Below are positions 33,787 through 44,020 of a DNA stretch of 64,000 nucleotides, in pieces (the stretch's first letter is position 1; every line of letters begins with the position of its first letter). The DNA comes from Prasinococcaceae sp. CCMP 1430 (lineage: Eukaryota > Plantae > Prasinodermophyta). The stretch spans positions 149,949 through 213,948 of the forward strand of contig RQSC01000010.1 of assembly GCA_013416795.1 (NCBI GenBank), read 5' to 3'. A model generated the notes under the pieces. It was not told the origin of the DNA, searched no databases, and saw only the letters and a list, made by a program, of their open reading frames with translations. A program made the translations under genes and the position numbers.

Positions 33787-34535
33787 ACCCTGCTGACAGG
33801 GAGGGCGTCGGCCGCGCGCTCAAGAGGTGGTTCGCCGCGGGCAAGCTGCGTCGCGAGGACGTCTTCGTCACCTCCAAGATCCCCGGCGGGCTGACGGCGG
33901 CCGACGCCACCGCGGCGCTCGAGCGGTGCCTGGAGCAGCTCGGCCTGGATTTCGTCGACTTAATGCTGGTGCACTTCCCGGCGAGCTGGGAGGGCGTTGG
34001 CGGCGCCGCGCTCCGGAAAGAGCAGTGGCTGGCGATGGAGGACTTCGCCAAGAAGGGCGGCGCGCGCGCGCTCGGCGTGAGCCACTACTGCCCGCGGCAC
34101 CTCGACGACGTCCTGTCGGTGGCAACGGTTCCGGTGGCTCTCAACCAGGCGCAGTACCACGTGGGCATGGGAGCGGCCGACGATGATGCCACGGACGGCA
34201 TCGCGTACGATCGCCTGATGGGCGTCGTCTACCAGAGCTTCTCGCCGCTGTGCGGGCCCTGCGGCACGGACGAGCTCATCAGCGGCGAGCTGGTGACCTC
34301 CATCGGCGCCAAGCACGGCAAGAGCGGCGCGCAGGTCTCGTTGCGCTGGCAGATCCAGCAGGGCATCCCCGTGATCCCCAAGAGCGACAAGGAAGCGCAC
34401 CTCAAGGCCAACCTCGACCTCTTCGACTGGACGCTCAGTCCCGTCGAGATGCACATGCTCACCGTCGCCACCTCGCCCCCCGTGTCGGGCACCAACTCCA
34501 CGCCGCCCACCTCGGGGGACTGCGACGTCGCCTAG
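33500..34535 (+). CDS. Aldo-keto reductase (2 exons; no independent ATG seen)
   Basis: MPMAGLGVWQ, VDTALGYGN|QEGVG (intron about 33669-33798), VFVTSKI, LMLVHFP, LGVSHY, LRWQIQQGIPVIPKS. Confidence 0.9.
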
Positions 34536-34704
34536 GGCGGCGAGACGGACCGCAGCAGTTTTGTGTCTTCTGCTTACGTAAATACACGAATTCGTGCGAC
34601 TGTGGCGTGCCATCCGCGCACCCCAGCTCGCCTGTTCGCGTGGGCCGCAGCCAGCTGGCTGGGCCGCGCGCGCGTGCCCTCGCCGCCCCTCGCACCGCAA
34701 CCTT

Positions 34705-36852
34705 TCACTCAACCTTCGCGGCGTACGGTCCGCCCCCGGCCTCCCATTCCCCGAACACGCGGTGGACCGCAGCGCGCCCGCACTGCCTGCCGCACGCCCT
34801 CAGACGACCCTGGCCCTCGAGCTCCGCGTCCGCGACGACGTCGGCCGCCGACAACGTGGGTGGCAGGTGCATGCGCGCGTGCACGCGCTCCATGCGCACC
34901 GCCCGACGGAAGAAGAAGTCCTTGGCACGTCTCCGTAGCCTGGACTTCTTCTGCTTCCCTGGAGGAGAGTCAGAGGGCGACCCTGGCGAGGGCGGGGGGC
35001 TCGACGACGCGGCGGTGTCTCGCAGATCGTTCGCGCTGCCGGGCGCGCGTCGCAGCTCCGAGGGCACCATCCCGTTCAGGCTGCTTGGGCTCAGTCCTGA
35101 GACGACCGTGCTGCTCGCCTTCGCGTTGATGCCTGTGACGAACTCCATCCCGCTCTGCGCCCGGATCTCCTCGTCGCTGAGAATGCCGAAGCCCTGCGTG
35201 GTTCGCGAAAATAGATAGCACGTGCGTCAGCGCACGCGCGCGCGCGGGGCGCGCGGCGCTGGGCTCGCCCTTTCGCCGCACGTGCGCGCGGCACCAGCAG
35301 CGGCGCGCGCGCCGCGCTCGCTCCGTCGCACTCACCGCGGCGTGATTGGCAATCGAGTGAGCTGTGCATGACGATCTCATCGCTGCCGCGGGCCAGTCAA
35401 TGCCGTCGGGGTATCGACGGAAAGGGTTCATGAGAACGTTCGCGACATTGGCCCAGCCGACGAAGAGGAGCACCTCGAACAGTGGCACGAGCAGGTAGAA
35501 GTAGTACGTCTCGTTGGGTGGATCTACACGCCGCGGGGTGCGGGCGAGTGTGTTTGTTGCGCGTGTGTGCGTCAGCACGCGCCGAGAGCGTGCGCGCGCG
35601 CGCGCGTGCTGGGAGCTCGCCATGCAGAGCGGGCAGTGGGCGTCGCAAGAGCGCGTTCCTGCTATCGCGCACACCCGGGTGGCACAACAGCGCGAGTCCG
35701 CCATCGCGCACCCGCGCGGACGAACGTACTAGCGATGCTGTCGAGCGGCGCGAGGGCTACGATGATGACGTAGAGGCGCACGGTCAGGTTGACCAGCTGG
35801 ACGTAGGCCAAGGGCACGGGAGTGGCGCGCAGACGCTGCAGCGTGAAGCCCGCTCCGCGCGCGTTGCCCATGACGTCATCGAAGCTCAGCTCGAAGAAGC
35901 CGTCGGCGCCAAAAGCACCGTCCATGCACAATCTGTGCACCAGCGAGCTTACCCACACGAGCGGATACGTGAAGGCTGCAGCCGGTGCTCGCAGGCGGCC
36001 CTCCGAATCGCCGTCGATCTCCATCTGCTCCAGCGGCCCGCCGGGCCCCTCGAGGGCGATGCGTTCCTCCTTCGTGAGGAGCCCCCAGCACTCGAGCATC
36101 TTCGGCGTGGACAGGGCGTGGTGCTTGCCCTCGTACGTGGTCATCACGAGTATCGCGTGGCTCGCGTCAATCCACCTCAACAGCGTGTCGCGAACCGCGC
36201 GCCCGGGCAGCGGCGGGGCGGGCGGGCTCGCGCCACCGTTCCCGTCGCCTGCGGCAGCGGCTGCCATGCTACCATCGTCGCCGCCGTCGACGGCATTTTT
36301 GGTAGGTCCCACAGTACTGGACCTTTCGCCGCGCGGCTCGCGCTCGGCTGTGTCGCGAATGTTGGTGGCGATTTGCGCGGCCAGGTCCGCGACCCGCGCG
36401 CTGAAGTTCCCCTGGGCTGCGCGCACCTCGCTCCAACGGCCGTAGGCCGTCGTCGTAAAGAAGCCGAGCATCAAGCCGACCGCGGTCTTCATTCTTTCCG
36501 CGATCACGTCGAACACAACTGCGAGCGCGAGGAGCGCGTCAGCGAGCTGCTTGCGGGCGGGCGGGCGAGCGCGCGAGCGAGGGAGAGAGCGCGAGAGAGA
36601 GCGTGAGAGGGAGCGGCGGAGCGCGTCGGGCGGGCGCGCGAGCGAACCCTTGTACGCGTGCCAGGCCCCGTTGCCTCCCACCGCATCAGGTTCGACATAT
36701 ACGCTGATTGAGATCATCAACACACTGAAAGCGAGCACGATGACGAGTTCCACGAGGATGAGCTGGATGACGCCCCCCTGCCATTGGAGCAGCGTCGGGA
36801 TGAACGCGAGCGTGTACGGAGTCGCGGCGGGGTCGGGGTACGAGAACGGCAT
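34705..36852 (-). CDS. Bestrophin-family anion channel (multi-exon)
   Basis: LMLGFFTTTAYGRW, LLTKEE, PLVWVSSL, TPVPLAYVQLVNLTVRLY, GWANVANVLMNPF. Confidence 0.8.
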
Positions 36853-37341
36853 CGGCCCGCCCGCGAGCCACGCGATGGCCAAGGCCGCCGGCGGCGCTCG
36901 GCCGCGGCGCCGTCGCCGTGGAGCCCTCCAGCAGCGCCGGCTGCCGCCTTCCCTCCGCGCGCGCACGCGCTCAGTGTGGCACGCCTGCACAGCCATCCCC
37001 CCTCTCTCCCCTGCCCCTGTCGGCTTGTTTTTTTTTTGCGCGAGCGTGGCTGCCAGCCGGCTGGCGCCGCGCCGCGCGACGCACCCGCGCAGCGCGCACA
37101 TACGAAAGCTCATCAGAGTCGTCGCAAAAAGCGACGTTATCGATAGTCTCTCTCTAGAACAGTTGGTAGTTAGGGGGCGCTGTGCAACTGACACCTACTG
37201 CAGTAGCTATGCCCCGTACGCTGCGACTGTGTCTGACGCCGCGGCGAAGAGGAGAGCGCGATGCGTGGAAGAGGAGCATCGCGTTGCGGTCTTGGCGCTC
37301 TTCTGTGCTCCGTGCTGCTCTATTCCCCATCGATCGCACGC

Positions 37342-39016
37342 TCACGGCGAGGGCGTGCTCGCGGCCGCCTTGTCGGCCTTTGCCTTCAAGATCGCCTCGT
37401 ACTCGTCCTCCTTCTGGGCCATCGCTGTGACGATCTGGGCGGGGGTGTGGGCGAGCGCCGCAGTGCTCGCCGTGAGAGAGGTACCGCAGGTCACAGAGAG
37501 CGTGTATGGCCCCTCGGCGCCATTAAAGCCTGTCACCTGCACCAGGAACTTGCTGCCGCCATAGTTGTTGGGGTCGAATTCGAAAGTTGACTGAAAAAAG
37601 CCGCAGCCATCATCTTGACATCCGAGAATGGCAGAGGAACAGATGTCGCCTTCGAACAGGCGCAAGCCGGTGTCGAAGGATGCCCCGTCGCACGTCTCGA
37701 CCCGGCAGAGCCAATCGGTCGTGTCGCTCACACCCTCGAGCGAGAGCTCGTGATAGATTGCGGGGGTGTCGGTACTTCCGAAGCACTCGGTAGAGCCAGG
37801 AAAGTTGGTCAAACCCAAAATGCCCTTGCCGGTGCACGCTGGACCCACCCCTGAGGTGTCGCCACTCACGGTTAAGACGTCGCCGTTTGCGGCGTCGCAG
37901 ACGACGATCGAGTCCCCGACTTCGCCAGCAGCTGGTGTGTCTTGCGCCAGACAAGTCGTCGGAGAACATGCCGGCGGAGTGGGCGCCGGACAACCTTCTG
38001 TTGCGGGTGAGCTGGTGGGTGTGGCGGTTGGGGAGATGGTGGGCGCACCCGTTGGAGCGACCGTTGGTGTGGGAGTGGGGGAGACGGTCGGCGCACCCGT
38101 TGGCGTGTCCGTTGGCGCGGTGGTGGGCGTGACGGTGGGCGCGACCGTCGGCGAGCCCGTCGGAGTAGCCGTCGGGGCAGAGGTTGGTGCGCTCGTCTGA
38201 CCGCCACTTGGAGCGCTCGTGGGAGCAGCCGTGGGTGGCTCGTTCGGAACGGGGTCGATGATCTCGTAGTACGGCTCTGGCTCGGGTTCGGGCACGACCA
38301 CTGGGGACGCGGTGGGCGCCTTGGTCGGCAGGCCGGCCACGCAGCGCGGGCTGTCGGAGAAGCCGCTCTTGGTGCCGTACCCGCAGGCCTGCGTGCGTAC
38401 GCGTGAGCAATGACCCACACGTCGAGCAGACGAAGGAAAGGAAGGAAAGGCGCAGAAGCGGAGCTGAGCGTCAACAAGCGGACGCAGCAGACCTGGCGCC
38501 AGAAGTGTCAAAAGCACGCAACTCTGCCCACTAGCGCACGCTCGGCGCGCACCTCGCAGGCGTCGATGCAGCACTGCTCGCCTCCCGTGGCCGGCGCTAC
38601 CGTGAACGGCGAGTCGCGCGTCGGCGTCGCGATGGGCAGCTCCTCGTCGCCCTCCGACGGGGGTGAGCCGTTCGACGGGGATGAGATCAATGGGCGCGGG
38701 CGGGTCGGGGGCCACGCAGTCGGCGCGGCACGAGCACCCCGACGGCGCGAAGTCGTTGCAGAAGCCCACGCACGACGCCGAGGGCGCGGTCGGGGAGGCG
38801 GTCGGCCGCGGCGTGGCGCGCGTGGGCGACTTGGTCGGCGCCACCGTGGGCGACTTGGTGGGTGTGGACGGCGCATCCGTCGGACGCGCAGGCGCCGGCG
38901 CGGCGGGCGCCTCGGTGGTCCGGCTGCACGGCGAGCGCGGCGCCCGCGACGGCCGCGGCTGCGAGCGTGGTCGCGAGCGCCCTCGTGATGGCCGATGGAC
39001 GGCGGGGTCGGCCCAT
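37342..39016 (-). CDS. Secreted mucin-like Pro/Thr protein with somatomedin-B-like Cys module and C-terminal PPC-like domain; apparent frameshifts
   Basis: Signal peptide at 39016; PT(K)SPT repeats; SCVGFCNDFAPSGCSCRADC...CCIDACE; FDTGLRLFEG..GCQDDGC..FLVQVTGFNGAEGPYTLSV. The 5' part is spread over three frames. Confidence 0.6.
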
Positions 39017-40168
39017 GGCGGCAGTCTCGTTAGACTAGCGATGCGCGGATGGCGCAGCGCGGCAGTGCGTTGCCCCGGGGGAGGGGGAAGGAAGGATGGA
39101 GGGATGCGCGGGCTGTGCGACGTGTGGCCCCGCTGGCACAGCACGGCAAGGCACTGCACGGCACGGCGCGCGCCGCGCCCGCTTCTCGCGGAGCGAGCCA
39201 GCGGCACCCGTGGGGGATCGTGCGTGGGCTGCGCGACGCATGCCCCCCCCTTGCCCCCGCCTCTCCCCCCTTTGCCGTCGCCGTTTCCGCATGCGGCGTC
39301 GCCATTTCTGCATGCGGCGTTCTGACGTTCCGAAACGCGCCGCCGCGCGCACCCGCCAACCGAGGGCGCGCGCGCGGCCGCCGGCTCGGCTACGGAAATG
39401 GAAGCGCTTCCATTAGAATTGATCCATTAGAATTATCCACGGCCGTCGCCCGTGGGCGCGTGCACGGCCATCCGAGTCGAAAGTTCCAATGCTCGCGCGA
39501 ATGCGTCGCCGCTGCGATCGATCGAGCCGGGTTCCGAAAAAAAAAAACGCCCCGCGCGCTGCGACCTCCGAAAAGGCTCGAAACGCACTCCGAACCCTTC
39601 GCTGTCGAGATACGGCGCGTCCGCGGCGGCCGGATCCGAATCCAGATCGGCAACCGTTTGTGCGAGCGTTCAGTTCAAGTCTGAAGCGTCCGTCTCCTTC
39701 ATTCAGCGGGCAGCCTCAGAAAAACACAAGAGAACCTTGATGGTACAGGACCATCATGGATTAGCCTGGGCCTAACTTAGCCTGGACCTCACACGATGCC
39801 ATAAATGAAGTCTTTACGGTATGAGATGTCTCTAAGCTTCGTAGCTAGCGAAAACTACCAACGAACCAACCCAATATCCTGAAGGGGCATAGTAGTAATC
39901 ACACCGTACTGGTCATTTCGCCGAAATAGAGGTTACCTAAAACCTAACCCATCCGGGCCGCCCGCGCGGGCCGCCCGGCGAAGCACCCGAGGGCGAGTGG
40001 TGGCGCGTGCCCGTCAGGGCTTGCTGGGCCTGCAGACTACAACGACGCGCACTGACGAACAACCTTTCCTACCTGCAGCATGGGTGCTACAGATCGAAAT
40101 ACACAGTCCACGTCCACACCTACGAGTAACATCACGGTACCCTCGCGCGCCGCGGCACACACTATATG

Positions 40169-40498
40169 TGTAAGCGCGAATGTAGAAGCACGCCACTGAG
40201 CGCGCGCGCAGACACGTGGGTCGTTGGCCCCTGAGGGGCTTGAGTTAGCGACGAGTTAGATAAACCGCGCAGTGCGCGGTGTACGCGTTGTGTCGCGCCT
40301 GACTATGCGCGACAGTCCTGCACGGGTTTGGGGCCGTGTTCCCCTTTGGTCCTCCGTGCAGGGTCCCGCGCCTGTTCGTATCCCATGCCGTGCCTCTTGG
40401 GCCCTCGATCTGGGATCCCTGTATATTAGGGTTAGTACAGTGAGGATTGCGTGGAGTTTGATATAGGTTGAGGATCTGGATGCGGATTCCGTCTTACA
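40169..40498 (-). repeat. Complete 3' LTR (330 bp)
   Basis: Inverted TGTAAG termini; 40244-40498 matches 43197-43451. Confidence 0.9.
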
Positions 40499-40546
40499 CC
40501 CCCCCTCAGACTCATGCAATTTGAGCTGAGTGTTAGTAGTTTTTCA

Positions 40547-40846
40547 TTGCCGGAATTGAACCGGTCTTGGTTTGGCGTTTGAATTTATTCTTTAGAGAGG
40601 CGCCGGGAGGCCACCCGGTAACCTGTGTTGGTGACCGGAATTGAACCGGGTTGGTTTGGCGTTTTAATTTAAGTCCTTTCACTGTCGGTGATATCAAGCC
40701 GAACAGAGAGTGCGCCGGGAGGCCACCCGGTGACTCGTGTTGATTGCCGAGATTGAACCGGTCTTGGGTTGGCGTTTTAATTTAAGTCCTTTTACTGTCA
40801 GTGATATCAAACCGAACAGAAAGTGCGCCGGGAGGCCACCCGGTAA
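40547..40846 (-). repeat. Three imperfect tandem repeats (periods 85 and 112 bp) in the element 3' UTR, each with a B-box-like motif
   Basis: Recurring ccggaattgaacc / gccgggaggccacccggt units at about 40550, 40635 and 40747. Confidence 0.85.
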
Positions 40847-40970
40847 CTCTGGTGATGGTTGTGTGTGAGAGGTGTGCGTTCCCCGTGCGCCACTGTTGTG
40901 GGCGTTTGGAGAGACGCATCCTCGAATGTTGTGTTGTGTGTATGTTTTGTAGTGTTGTGTGGTGTGGCAG

Positions 40971-43103
40971 CTAGCTCAGCATTGACGCCGTGTGGCGTGA
41001 GAATGCGTCGCCGCTGAGTGGCTTGGTGAAGATGTCTGATGTGCACGACGCCGTGTCGACGTAGGTCAGGTTGAGTTCGCCGTCGATTGTGAGCTGGCGT
41101 GCATGGAACAGCTTGGGGTGAATGTGCTTGGACGAGTCGAAGTAGCTGCCGTGCTCAATGGTCGCGATGGCGTTGTTGCTGTCCGACGTGAGGAGCATGT
41201 GCACGCGGTGGCCGAAGATTTCTTCGATGAGGTGCCGGGTGAACAGGAGGTCGCGCGTCGCGAGCGAGATTGCTGAGAGTTCGGCGTCTTTGGTTGAGAG
41301 CGCCACGGTAAGCGTTTTGTCCAGTAGCTTGCTCTGCCAGTTGACGAGCATGTCGTTGATGCGCGTGTGGTATCCTCCGGTGGAATGGCCTCGGGCTGCG
41401 TCGTCACCGGCTATGAAGCCGTAGGATGCATCGCTGTTAGCCACGAGCTGTAGGTCAGGTGTCGTTGCTGTGGATGCTGAGAGACGGTTTCGACTGTAGA
41501 CGATGCCGAGGTGTCGAGTTCCTTGGAGGTACCGGATTGTGCGCTTGGCTGCCGTGAGCATTGCTTGACACGGCCGGTGATTGTATCGAGCTAGGATGCC
41601 GCATGTATATGCGATGTCCGGCCTGCACGTACACGCCAGGAAGTTCAGCGATCCGACTATGGATCTGTAGGTGGTGGCGTCGACTTCGACGGACGGGTCG
41701 ATAATAGTCCCGGGCGCGAATGGGGTAGTCGTGCTGGCGCAGTTCTCCATGTCGAACCTCTTGAGCAGGGAGTCGATGTATGCAGGTGCGCTGATTTTCA
41801 GTCCTTGCTCGGTCTGGGTGAGGTTCATCCCAAGAAGGTACGTAGGCGTCGTAGTCACCTTTAGCGCGTAGTGCTTGGAGAAGTGTTCGAAGATGTGGGC
41901 GTGTTGCCCAGTGTTGCAGTAGAGTAGGACATCATCAACCCAAATCATCATGAGATGGGTGACGACGCCGTCGGTGCCGTAAAGGACGTAGGTGCCCATG
42001 TCCTTGGTGAGTTGAATGAAGCCTGCGCTGATGGCGAGCGCGTTGAAAGCTTGATTCCATAAGTACGCGCCTTGCCTGGAACCCTCAAGGTTCTTGAGTA
42101 GCTTGCAGAGCATAGGTCTCCCTTGTTGGTCGCGCTTCGTGAAGCCTGGAGGCTGACGCATGTATACGTCTCTGTCGATCTCGGCATTATTGAATGCCAT
42201 TGTGAAGTCAGCAGTCTGGAGCGTCATTCCAAGGGAGAGCGCTATAGCGGATATGATCCGCAGAGTCTGGTATCGCACGGTGGGAGCGTGCGTTTCGTCG
42301 AATGTGCTCTCGTGTTGGATGTCGCCGCGTAGTACTATGCGGCACTTGTTGCGGGTGACGTTGTTGTTACCGTCAGTCTTGACTTTGTAACGCCACATGC
42401 ATTGCTCGATGCTGACGTCGTTGTCGTCTGCCTGGCGTTTGCCGTTGCTCTTGGCGTCGTATGCCGCCTTGACGGTGTCCGGTAAGTCGTTGTACTCGAC
42501 GAGCTGCCACGTAGTTCCTTCATGGGCGTCGACGACAGATTTCATTTCAGCGCTCCATGAGGGGCTTGACAGTGCATCAGACAGTGACTTTGGCGCTTGC
42601 GCCTCCAGAACAATCTGCGCCTCTGGTGCCCAGTAAGGTGCAGCCGAAGCCTTATACGCGGTGGCAGTTGGCACAGGGTGAACGAGCTGCGTCGGTCCTG
42701 GATGCGCTGCGAGCGCTGGGCGAGCGATGGTTACGGCGATGCCGTCTGCTGCTGGGTCGTCGCTGTCGGTGACGATCGCGGGAACTGATGTGAGTTGGAA
42801 AGGCGGCGATTTGTCGTTCAGGCGGTACGATCCGACGCCGTAGGTGAAGTCGTCGCCCATGGTGCGGACATCCCGCGTCTTGATTACTCTGTTAGTGCCA
42901 AGGTCCAGCACGTCAAACGCGTAGCTCCCCTGTGCAACGCCCAGCATGATGCCCTCGCGTCTAGGGGTTGATGCCTTGGCGGACCGTGCATGGTTGTGAT
43001 CGAGAATCAGCACGTCCGTGCCGAAAGTTGGCAGGGCAGTGAGGTCGTCATCGATGTTCGGCATCACTTGTTTCGCCGCTGATGTCGTCTCTCCCTGGCG
43101 CAC
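40971..43103 (-). CDS. Copia pol remnant: post-integrase region, reverse transcriptase, RNase H
   Basis: MWRYKVK, KCRIVLRG, ETHAPTV, TADFTMAFNN, VYMRQPPGF, IWVDD, YRSIVGSL, RPDIAY, SDASY, WQSK, LSTKDAEL, SKHI. Confidence 0.92.
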   Translation of the reverse strand: MRQGETTSAAKQVMPNIDDDLTALPTFGTDVLILDHNHARSAKASTPRREGIMLGVAQGSYAFDVLDLGTNRVIKTRDVRTMGDDFTYGVGSYRLNDKSPPFQLTSVPAIVTDSDDPAADGIAVTIARPALAAHPGPTQLVHPVPTATAYKASAAPYWAPEAQIVLEAQAPKSLSDALSSPSWSAEMKSVVDAHEGTTWQLVEYNDLPDTVKAAYDAKSNGKRQADDNDVSIEQCMWRYKVKTDGNNNVTRNKCRIVLRGDIQHESTFDETHAPTVRYQTLRIISAIALSLGMTLQTADFTMAFNNAEIDRDVYMRQPPGFTKRDQQGRPMLCKLLKNLEGSRQGAYLWNQAFNALAISAGFIQLTKDMGTYVLYGTDGVVTHLMMIWVDDVLLYCNTGQHAHIFEHFSKHYALKVTTTPTYLLGMNLTQTEQGLKISAPAYIDSLLKRFDMENCASTTTPFAPGTIIDPSVEVDATTYRSIVGSLNFLACTCRPDIAYTCGILARYNHRPCQAMLTAAKRTIRYLQGTRHLGIVYSRNRLSASTATTPDLQLVANSDASYGFIAGDDAARGHSTGGYHTRINDMLVNWQSKLLDKTLTVALSTKDAELSAISLATRDLLFTRHLIEEIFGHRVHMLLTSDSNNAIATIEHGSYFDSSKHIHPKLFHARQLTIDGELNLTYVDTASCTSDIFTKPLSGDAFSRHTASMLS

Positions 43104-43196
43104 GAGCCTATTGTAGGAGGGCGCTTTGGTGGTCGCGTCTGGTTGGCTGGAGCTTTCTTGGCGATCTCGAGTGCAGCTTTGAAGAGCTTGCAGTCG

Positions 43197-43451
43197 GTTA
43201 GCGACGAGTTAGATAAACCGCGCAGTGCGCGGTGTACGCGTTGTGTCGCGCCTGACTATGCGCGACAGTCCTGCACGGGTTTGGGGCCGTGTTCCCCTTT
43301 GGTCCTCCGTGCAGGGTCCCGCGCCTGTTCGTATCCCATGCCGTGCCTCTTGGGCCCTCGATCTGGGATCCCTGTATATTAGGGTTAGTACAGTGAGGAT
43401 TGCGTGGAGTTTGATATAGGTTGAGGATCTGGATGCGGATTCCGTCTTACA
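43197..43451 (-). repeat. Truncated 5' LTR (255 bp)
   Basis: No mismatch seen by eye against 40244-40498; joined directly to pol sequence. Confidence 0.9.
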
Positions 43452-44020
43452 ATATGCCAATGCAGGCGCGCGACCGCCCACTAAAAAGCTTCTTAGGTTC
43501 CAAGTCAGGCCTCAGGCGGATCCAAAAAGCCACTTTTGACATCCGGCGCGTGTCGTCGGCGGAGGCGGAAGCGCGTGTGCGTATGCCAGGTCAAAATGGG
43601 TCGAGTCACCGAACGACAGATGCCACCCAGTTCCGGCGGTCACGGCGGGCTTCCGTTTCCCATCAAAATCAAAGCGGACGCGCGGAAATAATGTGCGGAC
43701 GAACGTGTTGATCGGATCCGGATCGGATCCGCAAAAACGCGCGTACCGCGCGCGGCGGGCGGCGGCGCGTGCGGGCGCGAGGGGGGTAGTAGTGGTAGGC
43801 CCGTAGGGGCGGCGTGCTCGCGACGGTCCGCCGCGCTGCGCGGCGCCAGGCGGAGTGCGATGGGACGCCGCGCCACACGGAGCGCGCCGCGCGTGGCGCT
43901 GGGGGGGCAGGGGCGTCGTCGTTGGCGGCGGCAGGCCGCGCGTGCCGGCGCGCCGGAAGTTAGTTGGTCGGGCCGACCGGCGGCCGCCTCGGCGCACGGG
44001 CAGGGGCACGTCGGGCGTGC

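Larger units (their letters stand above)
40169..43451 (-). mobile_element. Ty1/copia LTR retrotransposon, internally deleted (3283 bp)
   Basis: TGTAAG...CTTACA termini; ATATG TSD at 40164-40168 and 43452-43456; PPT gagggggg beside the 3' LTR; pol remnant with RT and RNase H. Confidence 0.93.

Noticed and set aside
33747-33787. Poly-C tract as a functional G4/i-motif element
   Set aside because: It lies in the AKR intron, homopolymer length is unreliable, and there is no other support.
39700-40163. AT-richer segment left of the LTR as a second mobile element
   Set aside because: No terminal repeats, TSD or ORF found; the TSD already bounds the copia at 40169.
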